From an uncultured Legionella sp. (GTDB lineage Bacteria; Pseudomonadota; Gammaproteobacteria; Legionellales; Legionellaceae), in assembly GCA_964509745.1 (NCBI GenBank), contig CAZDYY010000001.1:1-24607 (forward strand): 24,607 bases of DNA. The letters are read 5' to 3'. A model generated the notes under the pieces. It did no database searches. It was not told the DNA's origin and was given only the letters and a program-made list of their open reading frames with translations. The translations under genes and the position numbers were made by a program. Of this stretch, positions 15,476 through 23,512 are shown piece by piece (the first letter of the stretch is position 1; each line of letters starts with the position of its first letter).

Positions 15476-16024
15476 ATGAGATATATCATTGTAACGCTGA
15501 TTCTACTGACCGGGGCAATCAGCAATGCCGGGGTTTATGAGGAAGACACAAGCCAGGGCGGTGTTCTTTACACTGACACACCATCACCCAATGCCAAACC
15601 GGTGGATTCATCTGATGAAACCAGTTCAATTTCAGGTCCACCACCAGAGGCCCGGAAGGAAGGTTCAGCAAAGGAAGATCAAATAGTAGCTAACCAGATG
15701 TACAAGACGTTTGTCATTGTTTCACCCAAAGATCATGACACAACCCAGGGACAGTCACCGATTCCGGTGAAAATGAAACTGGAGCCAGCATTGCATGAAG
15801 GGGACACAATCCAGATCATGATAGATGGCAAGCCATTTGGCCCGGCAACCACTGATTTAAATCCATCACTCAGTGAGGTAGCGCGGGGCGTGCATCAGTT
15901 ATCAGCGGTTATTCTTGATGCAAGGCAAGCCATCATCAAGCAAAGCAACTCACTGACACTTTATGTGCATCGAACCAGTGCCCAGACATCACCTGCGCTG
16001 CGTCCATTGTCGCCGGCCAGGTAG
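15476..16024 (+). CDS. Exported DUF4124-family protein with Ig-like C-terminal domain
   Basis: Signal peptide, VYEEDTSQGGVLYTDTP (DUF4124-like), C-terminal RGVHQLSAVILD. AGGAG RBS 15 bp after pilV. Confidence 0.7.
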   Translation: MRYIIVTLILLTGAISNAGVYEEDTSQGGVLYTDTPSPNAKPVDSSDETSSISGPPPEARKEGSAKEDQIVANQMYKTFVIVSPKDHDTTQGQSPIPVKMKLEPALHEGDTIQIMIDGKPFGPATTDLNPSLSEVARGVHQLSAVILDARQAIIKQSNSLTLYVHRTSAQTSPALRPLSPAR

Positions 16025-16035
16025 TTGGTTATAAT
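16007..16035 (+). promoter_or_regulatory. Sigma70-type promoter for the FmdB-DUF502 unit
   Basis: TTGTCG (16007-16012), 17-bp spacer, TATAAT (16030-16035). Confidence 0.65.
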
Positions 16036-16072
16036 CACCCGCAATGAAAACATTGTTAACGGAGTTCTCCTG

Positions 16073-16393
16073 ATGCCAATTTATGAATATCAGTGCTCTA
16101 ATTGCCATCATCATTTTGATTTGATACAAAAAATGAATGACGAGCCTGTGAAAACATGTCCCACCTGTTCCAAAGATACAGCCGTCCGGCTGGTTTCTGC
16201 AGCAGGGTTTCAATTAAAAGGCACTGGCTGGTATGCAACCGATTTTAAAAACAAGGGATCACAGGAAAAAACCTCCGGTTCTGCAACCAAAACCGGGAAG
16301 AGTGAAGCCATAGTATCTGATACCACTGGTTCAGATAAAAAAAGCCCGGAGTCATCCGGTTCATCAACGACATCAAGCAAGGAATCAAATTGA
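16073..16393 (+). CDS. FmdB-family zinc-ribbon protein
   Basis: MPIYEYQCSNC...CPTC...GFQLKGTGWYATDF, low-complexity S/T/K tail. GGAG RBS supports ATG 16073. Confidence 0.92.
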   Translation: MPIYEYQCSNCHHHFDLIQKMNDEPVKTCPTCSKDTAVRLVSAAGFQLKGTGWYATDFKNKGSQEKTSGSATKTGKSEAIVSDTTGSDKKSPESSGSSTTSSKESN

Positions 16394-17016
16394 AAGGTAC
16401 CGCTTTTCGCAGCTATCTGTTTGCCGGCCTGGTGGTATGGGTGCCGGTGCTGGTGACGATTGCCGTTCTCCGATTTATTATCGATTTGCTTGATAGAACC
16501 ATGCAGCTGATTCCGCATGCCTATCAGCCTGAGCAATTGTTTGGTTACAGCTTGCCAGGTCTTGGTGTGCTCTTGTCTTTAATTTTGTTATTGATAACCG
16601 GTATTGTGGCAACCAATATTCTCGGGCAGCGACTGGTTAGCTGGAGCGAGGCCATTCTTGACAGAATTCCTCTGGTGAGAAACATTTATAATGGTTCAAA
16701 GCAGGTAATTCAGGCTTTTTTTGCAAGCAACAGCCAGGCGTTTCGCAAAGTGGTGTTGATTGAGTATCCACGCAAGGGTATCTGGAGTGTTGCCTTTCAA
16801 ACCGGTTACAGTCACCCCGAAATTGCTGAACACGCCGGAGCGGAGCTCGTATCGGTTTTTATTCCCACCACGCCCAATCCAACCTCCGGATTTTTAATGA
16901 TGGTGCCTAAAGCGGAGGTGGTTGAATTATCCATGACCACGGAAGAGGCGTTAAAATTTATTATTTCACTAGGGGTGATGCAGCCTGTGATGCCTGGGAA
17001 AAATCCTGCGGTGTGA
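16390..17016 (+). CDS. DUF502 membrane protein
   Basis: RSYLFAGLVVWVP, RIPLVRNIY, FRKVVLIEYPRKG, VFIPTTPNPTSGFL motifs. Confidence 0.9.
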   Translation: MKGTAFRSYLFAGLVVWVPVLVTIAVLRFIIDLLDRTMQLIPHAYQPEQLFGYSLPGLGVLLSLILLLITGIVATNILGQRLVSWSEAILDRIPLVRNIYNGSKQVIQAFFASNSQAFRKVVLIEYPRKGIWSVAFQTGYSHPEIAEHAGAELVSVFIPTTPNPTSGFLMMVPKAEVVELSMTTEEALKFIISLGVMQPVMPGKNPAV

Positions 17017-17072
17017 ATTCCCCGACGATATGTTATGCTCGGGTAGACGTGGAATTTTTCAAAGAGAACATT

Positions 17073-19964
17073 ATGCGATTTTTTCTGTTGCCATGTTTGC
17101 TGTTATCTTTTTTTACAACCCCTGTATTTCCGGCATCAAATGACAGCGTTGATAAACTGAATACGTTCCTTGCCCGGGAAAAAGTAAATTTAACCCAGGC
17201 TCTTCATGCAGAAGAGCTGTTGTCCAAATCAGACAAGATACTGAATCAAGCCGCATTAACCACGCGTAAACAGCAAAATGCCGACATGCTGGCACTTGTT
17301 CGAGTAAAAATAGCTACACTCAATGATTTTAATTTCAATCAGCGCAAGCGACAGCAAAACCTCGCCCGCCGGCTGAAAGCACTGCAACAATTACCTTTGG
17401 AAAAGACGCAAAATACCCAGGCGATTGATGAGCGCATGAAGTATATTGAGGCACTAAAAATAGAAAATGGAAATACCATTGATTTGATTGGTGAAAACCT
17501 CGAGCTTGCGAAAGGGTACGAAGCAATGCTGGTGGCTACGCAAAATCGGCTGGCCATGCTGCAAGCGAATATGACAGAGCAGCAGCATCTGGATCAGTTG
17601 CAGGAAAAAATTCATCAACTCAAACGGGAACGCGACAAGCTGTATCAGAAAAGCCTCGATCTTCAGCAGGCAAAAAAAGCCAATGGCTCCTTTGGCGATA
17701 ATTTGAATCATGAGGCCGAGCTATTGTTGAATAACCAGGCCATCATTCTTCTCCAGCAGCAAATTATTGAACTGGGGTCGCAAAAAAAACTGCTGGCTGC
17801 TGATTATTTGCTGTTGAACAATCAGGATATCAAAACCATTTCTCAAGCTATTGATCTGTATAGCCTGGCTATCAGGCAATTAAGTGGAATAGAGCAATCC
17901 CTGAAAAAAATGCAGGAATTGCTGGATAATGAGCAGCATTTTCTCTCAAATGCCCGGTTTGAAAAAAACCGGCTTTTGCTGAAGAAAACGGTTGCGTTGC
18001 GTTTGAAGCAAGTCAGCAAGCAACATGATTTCTTGCAAAAGGAGCTTGAGAAAAAGCAGCATCAGTTAAATCAAAAGCTGGCCTCGCGTCAAGGTTTAAC
18101 GGAGTATCATCTATACAGCTGGCCTGCTCTCACCAGTCAGTTATTGCATGTTCCGGCACAATTTTATCATTACCTGAAATTGCTTGCATTGAAGGTCAGT
18201 CATAATTATTTGCAGCTGGATGCCTGGTCGGCAGTGAGGGTGTGGGGAAGTCTTTGCTCAATCCTGCTGGCAGGACTGGCTTTGGGGCGTGGTTTGGATG
18301 CGGTGGTGCAAGGTAAACAGCGATCCAGTATGTCAGGCCATCTGTTTGATGGTGCGTTGATGCTGCTGTATCGAAATATACCGCATCTGACCATTGCGGC
18401 CATGCTGATGACGATGTTTTTTCTTAATCATATTGTCTTTGAAAACTATCAGTTGCTGGTGAATCTGTTTCTGGTCTGGCTGGGATTTCGCAATATCATC
18501 CTGATTGCACGCCTGATGTTTCTCGAGCGTATCAGTGATTCTTCCGGCAAGGATGTTAAATTGTATTACCGGTTGTTATGGTTGTTGCTTGCAGGCGGAT
18601 GGGCTACTGCACTGATGGTGTTGAGTCATCAGATGCCATTGTCGCTTTTGCTTCAGGATATTTTTAACCGGCTGGTGATGCTGTTTTTGCTGGCGGTTTC
18701 TCTGGTGGCATGGAAAAGCAAGGATGTGATTCGCTATTTACTTGCGCCGTTGTTAAAAAAGCGGAAAAAGCGCTATTTGCGCAATGCCATTTCACTTCTG
18801 GCCGTGCTGGTACCGCTGACGTTGCTTACCACGGCGATTATCGGGCTTGTCGGGTATATTGATTTGGCATGGACAATGAGTCGGTATCAGGCGTATGTCT
18901 TGCTGGTCATGATCTGTTATGTTCTTGGACGAGGTCTGGTGCTGGATGGTCTTGATGCCTTGTCGAAATGGATGATCACATCGCTGCATAACGGGTGGCT
19001 GTGGATCGAGGTGATTCTCAAACCACTCGACGCCATTGCACGGGTACTTCTGGTGTTATTGGCCATCGTGACCTTGTTCCAGTTGTTTGGCTGGACAGCC
19101 GATTCCCAGGTCGTGAGTGTGTTGCAAACCATAGGGAAATATCCGTTTGTGAATTTGTCCGGAGCACGTATCACCGTGTACAGTGCTCTGGAATTTATCG
19201 TGCTGTTATTTGTATTCATCTGGTTCGCAAAATGGACACGCGAGTTTTGTTTTCGCTGGTTGTATCGCCATGTGATGGACTCAGGTGTTCGCAACAGCCT
19301 TTCGGTGTTCACCCAGTATGCTGTGATTATCCTCGGAGGTTTGTTGACCCTGCGGGTATTGGGGATTGATTTTACCGGTATGGCAATTGTATTTGGCGGT
19401 CTGGCTGTAGGGATGGGATTTGGCTTGCGGGATTTTGCCAGTAATATTGTCGGCGGTATCATGCTGTTGATTGAACGACCTGTACGTGAGGGGGATTTGA
19501 TTACCCTTGGTGAATATGAAGGACGCGTTGCACATATCGGTATTCGATCCATGCGGGTGTCGTCGTGGGATCATATGGAAGTGTTGATCCCCAATGCCGA
19601 GACCTTTAACAAGCCTTTTACCAACTGGACACATCAGGACAGTATTGTCAGGACGGTCGTGCCGATCAAGGTCAATCGTGCAGATGATCCGTGCGTTGTG
19701 CAACAATTGATTATGGATGTTCTGGTGATCATTCCCGAGGTATTGAATGACCCACCGCCCCAGGTGTTGCTAAAGCAAATTGATGATGTTCTGATTGATT
19801 TTGAAATCCGTTATTTTGTTAACGTACAACATCATACCCGCTTTGAGATTCGTTCAAAGGTATTGTTTGCAATCATGGCGCAGTTCAAGGCTGCAGGTAT
19901 CAGGACACCGGTTCCATCATTGAATGTTGAATTAAATCATGACACGCACCCCGCCAGCGAGTGA
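17073..19964 (+). CDS. Large mechanosensitive channel, MscS family (MscK-like)
   Basis: Signal peptide, long coiled-coil periplasmic region, many TM helices, MscS core GFGLRDFASNIVGGIMLLIERPVREGDLI. Start ATG 17073, or GTG 17013. Confidence 0.9.
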   Translation: MRFFLLPCLLLSFFTTPVFPASNDSVDKLNTFLAREKVNLTQALHAEELLSKSDKILNQAALTTRKQQNADMLALVRVKIATLNDFNFNQRKRQQNLARRLKALQQLPLEKTQNTQAIDERMKYIEALKIENGNTIDLIGENLELAKGYEAMLVATQNRLAMLQANMTEQQHLDQLQEKIHQLKRERDKLYQKSLDLQQAKKANGSFGDNLNHEAELLLNNQAIILLQQQIIELGSQKKLLAADYLLLNNQDIKTISQAIDLYSLAIRQLSGIEQSLKKMQELLDNEQHFLSNARFEKNRLLLKKTVALRLKQVSKQHDFLQKELEKKQHQLNQKLASRQGLTEYHLYSWPALTSQLLHVPAQFYHYLKLLALKVSHNYLQLDAWSAVRVWGSLCSILLAGLALGRGLDAVVQGKQRSSMSGHLFDGALMLLYRNIPHLTIAAMLMTMFFLNHIVFENYQLLVNLFLVWLGFRNIILIARLMFLERISDSSGKDVKLYYRLLWLLLAGGWATALMVLSHQMPLSLLLQDIFNRLVMLFLLAVSLVAWKSKDVIRYLLAPLLKKRKKRYLRNAISLLAVLVPLTLLTTAIIGLVGYIDLAWTMSRYQAYVLLVMICYVLGRGLVLDGLDALSKWMITSLHNGWLWIEVILKPLDAIARVLLVLLAIVTLFQLFGWTADSQVVSVLQTIGKYPFVNLSGARITVYSALEFIVLLFVFIWFAKWTREFCFRWLYRHVMDSGVRNSLSVFTQYAVIILGGLLTLRVLGIDFTGMAIVFGGLAVGMGFGLRDFASNIVGGIMLLIERPVREGDLITLGEYEGRVAHIGIRSMRVSSWDHMEVLIPNAETFNKPFTNWTHQDSIVRTVVPIKVNRADDPCVVQQLIMDVLVIIPEVLNDPPPQVLLKQIDDVLIDFEIRYFVNVQHHTRFEIRSKVLFAIMAQFKAAGIRTPVPSLNVELNHDTHPASE

Positions 19965-20604
19965 GGCAGAGCTTCTGGAGCGTTGTCAGGCGATAGAGGG
20001 GTTAAGTTTGTCCCAGCTGGCAGCGCAACTTGATTTGTCTATTCCAGAGCATCCTGTGCAGCGCAAGGGTTGGGCCGGCCAGGCGATTGAGCGGGCATTG
20101 GGAGCGAGTGCGGGCAGTCGATCGGAGCCGGATTTTGTTGATTTGGGGATTGAGCTGAAAACCTTGCCCGTCAATCATTTGGGCAAGCCTGCCGAGTCAA
20201 CGTTTGTCACCACCATTCCACTGCTTACAGTGCACAAACAATCCTGGCAGACATCCCAATGCCTTGCCAAGCTGCGACGTGTACTGTGGCTGCCAGTTGA
20301 GGATGACGCCATGATTCCATTTCAGCATCGGCGCATTGGCCGGGGGGTGTTATGGTCTCCGTCAGCAGAGGAGGAGGCTGTTCTTGCCAATGACTGGTCC
20401 GAATTAACCTTGATGATTGGTACCGGGCGCCTGGCTGAAATAGATGCAAGCATGGGAGATTACTTGCAAGTCAGGCCGAAGGCTGCGAATGCCAAATCAT
20501 TGTGTTATGGTTTTGATGAGGAAGGGAATAAAGTGTTCACCTTGCCCCGGGGATTTTATTTGCGCAGCAGTTTTACCGGCAAGATCGCACTCAAGCTTCT
20601 GTAG
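19939..20604 (+). CDS. mutH: DNA mismatch repair endonuclease MutH
   Basis: PP.SE.ELL, KGWAGQAIE..LGA.AGS..EPDF..LGIELKTLP, ESTFV, LWLPVE, YLQVRPKAAN, LPRGFYLR. Confidence 0.93.
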   Translation: MTRTPPASEAELLERCQAIEGLSLSQLAAQLDLSIPEHPVQRKGWAGQAIERALGASAGSRSEPDFVDLGIELKTLPVNHLGKPAESTFVTTIPLLTVHKQSWQTSQCLAKLRRVLWLPVEDDAMIPFQHRRIGRGVLWSPSAEEEAVLANDWSELTLMIGTGRLAEIDASMGDYLQVRPKAANAKSLCYGFDEEGNKVFTLPRGFYLRSSFTGKIALKLL

Positions 20605-20643
20605 TCAAAATTTTATTGGGAATATATACTGATTTACCGTTGA

Positions 20644-20689
20644 CTCGACTTTATGAAATTCGGCGGTGGGGATTTTTCACAAAGTCGAG
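20644..20689. repeat. Imperfect long hairpin in the mutH-downstream intergenic region
   Basis: CTCGACTTT (20644-20652) / AAAGTCGAG (20681-20689), plus inner TGAAA/TTTCA pairing. Confidence 0.6.
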
Positions 20690-20763
20690 GTTGAGACTAT
20701 TTGTATTTTTCGGACATGAGCACATATGTTCAGGAAAAGACAACACACGTTGGGACAATTGAT

Positions 20764-21303
20764 ATGTGGCTTGCATTATTCAGGCAATACTGGGGCGTCA
20801 GCATGTTCAGGCAATCACCTGAAAACACTCCATACTCTCCGTTACTGTCAGGGATTGTGGCTCTGGCGTTTCTTGCGCTGATTGTTTTGCAATGGATGAT
20901 GACGGATGTCAGTCAGCAGTTGACCTTTGCTACAGCATTACTGATCGCCGGTTCACTGGTGTTGTCGTACGTTGTGTATACCTGGGTGTTATTATTGTTG
21001 TATCGATTGAAAGCACGGTTCGTACAAACCCTGACCTGTCTTTTGGCAGGCCACACCGTTGTGCATCTGGTGGCGTTTCCCTTGTTGCTGGTGATGCCGG
21101 TACTGCTTAACGCCCAAACCATCCCGGTGCTGGCTTCCCTGTTCGGGATTGTTTATCTGGTTTTGACGCTGGTTTTGGCAATTTGGCAATTTATGGTGTC
21201 AGCCTATATCTACAAATATGCCCTGTCTGTGAACTGGCTTTCGGCGGTGCTGGCAGGATTCGGCTTGCTGGCATGTAATATATTAACGGTTTCATTTTGG
21301 TGA
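20764..21303 (+). CDS. Hypothetical multi-pass membrane protein
   Basis: About five hydrophobic helices, P.NTPYSPLL N-terminal motif. ATG 20764 with GGGA RBS. Confidence 0.75.
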   Translation: MWLALFRQYWGVSMFRQSPENTPYSPLLSGIVALAFLALIVLQWMMTDVSQQLTFATALLIAGSLVLSYVVYTWVLLLLYRLKARFVQTLTCLLAGHTVVHLVAFPLLLVMPVLLNAQTIPVLASLFGIVYLVLTLVLAIWQFMVSAYIYKYALSVNWLSAVLAGFGLLACNILTVSFW

Positions 21304-21310
21304 TAGGTAT

Positions 21311-22687
21311 ATGCATTTACATATTCTTGGATTAAGTGGCACATTCATGAGTGCGCTGGCTTTGCTGGCTCGTGAAGCAGGGTTTCAGGTGACGGGCAGT
21401 GATGCCAATTGCTATCCGCCGGTGAGTGATTTGCTGGCTGCAAAAGGGATTGCCTGGACGGAAGGATATGACGATACAACGCAAGCCCTGAAAGCGGATT
21501 GCGTAATTGTGGGCAATGCCATCAAGCGCGGCATGCCGGTGATGGAGGCGGTACTGGATGCAGGCAAGCCTTATACCTCGGGTCCGCAGTGGCTGGCTGA
21601 ACATATTCTGCCCGGCCGGCGCGTGATGGCTGTTGCAGGTACACATGGGAAGACCACCACCACATCGATGCTGGCGTTTATTTTGCATCAGGCAGGACTG
21701 GAGCCTGGTTTTTTGATTGGCGGTGTGGCAACCGATTTTAATACCAGTGCCGGTTTGGGAAAAGGTGCATGGTTTGTGATTGAGGCCGATGAATATGACA
21801 GTGCGTTTTTTGATAAACGTCCGAAATTCATGCATTACCGTCCTGAAGTGGCTATTTTAAATAATCTGGAATTTGATCACGCGGATATTTATGCTGATCT
21901 TGCGGCAATTCAGCAGCAATTTCATTATCTGCTGCGAACCATTCCAGGCTCGGGACTGGTGATTAAACCACGTGATGATGCTGCGTTAAATGCTGTACTG
22001 GAGCGAGGTCAGTATAGTCGCCTGGAAGAGCTGGCCTTGAACGGTGATGCCGCCTGGCGTGCGGAAATTCTCGATGACAAGGGCCAGTCATTCAGGGTTT
22101 GGCAGCAAGGCAGGCAAGTCGCTGAGGTGAACTGGTCCCTGATTGGCTCATTTAATGTGGAAAATGGGCTGGCTGCACTGGCGGCCAGCGTTGCCGCGGG
22201 TGTCAAACCTGCTGTAGCTGCGGCTGCCCTGGAAAAATTTTCTCCGGTCAAGCGCCGTCTTGAGGTCAAGTCCAGTCGTCATGGCGTGGTGGTGTATGAT
22301 GATTTTGCCCATCACCCTACAGCCATTGCCAAAACCATTCATGCATTAAAGCAAAGCGGCCGGCATCAGCGCATTTTAGTGGTGCTGGAGTTTGCATCAT
22401 ATACCATGCGCTCGGGCATTCATGGCGAAAAGATGGTTCATGCTCTGGATGGTGTGGATTTTGCCTGGGTACTGAATCCTGCGCAATTTTCCCTTGAGGA
22501 TATTACCCGTCACTGGCAATTTCCTTACCATGTCCTGCCCACAGCCGGTGCGATTGTGGATTCAATAGCCAGCACGGTGCAGGCAGGGGATGCGGTACTG
22601 GTGATGAGCAATCGTGGTTTTGACAATATCCACCAGCAATTGATAGCTAAAATTGACGAGCGGTTTGCATTGTCTGTGCAATCATAG
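21311..22687 (+). CDS. mpl: Murein peptide ligase Mpl (peptidoglycan recycling)
   Basis: MHLHILGLSGTFM, GSDAN.YPP.S, GTHGKTTTTSM, EADEYDSAFFDKRPKF, NNLEFDHADIY, DDFAHHPTAI, LVMSN.GF. Confidence 0.93.
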   Translation: MHLHILGLSGTFMSALALLAREAGFQVTGSDANCYPPVSDLLAAKGIAWTEGYDDTTQALKADCVIVGNAIKRGMPVMEAVLDAGKPYTSGPQWLAEHILPGRRVMAVAGTHGKTTTTSMLAFILHQAGLEPGFLIGGVATDFNTSAGLGKGAWFVIEADEYDSAFFDKRPKFMHYRPEVAILNNLEFDHADIYADLAAIQQQFHYLLRTIPGSGLVIKPRDDAALNAVLERGQYSRLEELALNGDAAWRAEILDDKGQSFRVWQQGRQVAEVNWSLIGSFNVENGLAALAASVAAGVKPAVAAAALEKFSPVKRRLEVKSSRHGVVVYDDFAHHPTAIAKTIHALKQSGRHQRILVVLEFASYTMRSGIHGEKMVHALDGVDFAWVLNPAQFSLEDITRHWQFPYHVLPTAGAIVDSIASTVQAGDAVLVMSNRGFDNIHQQLIAKIDERFALSVQS

Positions 22688-22700
22688 GTACAGGAGCTGC

Positions 22701-23504
22701 ATGAGAAAAAAAGCACGGTTTATGCATTTTGTGATACAGCATTTTATTCGGGATGAATGCCTTTATGTTGCCTCTGCACTGGCATTTACGACCTTGCTTG
22801 CCATCGTTCCCCTGATGTCAGCAGGGTTTGCTGTATTCTCTACCTTTCCGGTTTTTCAAAGTCTGAGTGAGCGGGCGCAGACGTTTATTTTCGAGAATTT
22901 TATCCCTTCCACAGGGAAAGTTGTTCTTTCTTACCTGCAGCAATTTTCAGCACAGGTGACAAAACTTTCAGTGGTCGGGGTGATTTTTCTCGTCATGAGT
23001 GCATTGCTGGTCATGTTCACCATTGAGCAAACCATGAATAAAATCTGGCGAGTCAAAGTATCACGGAACGGGATTTCTGCCTTTTTGCTTTACTGGGTTA
23101 TTTTGTCCCTGGCTCCCGCGATTCTTGGATTTAGTCTGGCAGCCAGTTCGTATTTATTTTCCTTGCCGTTTTTAATTGATCATCCGTCTCCTTCATTTTT
23201 TCTCCATGTGCTTCCCTTTCTTTTTTCCCTGACAGGATTCTGGTTTTTATATGCCATTGTTCCCAATTGTCCGGTTAAAACCAGTCATGCATTCGGGGGA
23301 GGATTGTTTGCAGCCATATTATTTGAAATGACCAAACAGGGGTTCGCTTGGTATCTGAGTATTTTTAATACCTATGAGTTATTGTATGGCGCCTTTTCGT
23401 TTGTACCCATCTTTTGTATCTGGATTTATCTGGTCTGGGTTATCACGCTGCTGGGTGCGGAAATCAGTTATGCGTTTTCTGCATTCCATTCAAGGCAGCG
23501 TTAA
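22701..23504 (+). CDS. yihY: YihY/BrkB-family inner membrane protein
   Basis: ASALAFTTLLAIVP, IEQTMNKIW, LYAIVPN, YELLYGAF..VPIF.IWIYL.W...L.GAE. AGGAG RBS before ATG 22701. Confidence 0.88.
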   Translation: MRKKARFMHFVIQHFIRDECLYVASALAFTTLLAIVPLMSAGFAVFSTFPVFQSLSERAQTFIFENFIPSTGKVVLSYLQQFSAQVTKLSVVGVIFLVMSALLVMFTIEQTMNKIWRVKVSRNGISAFLLYWVILSLAPAILGFSLAASSYLFSLPFLIDHPSPSFFLHVLPFLFSLTGFWFLYAIVPNCPVKTSHAFGGGLFAAILFEMTKQGFAWYLSIFNTYELLYGAFSFVPIFCIWIYLVWVITLLGAEISYAFSAFHSRQR

Positions 23505-23512
23505 CCGGTGGC

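Noticed and set aside
18917-19706. Long antisense ORFs (211 and 141 aa) over the MscS core
   Set aside because: Antisense shadows of a conserved coding region with no recognisable family features.
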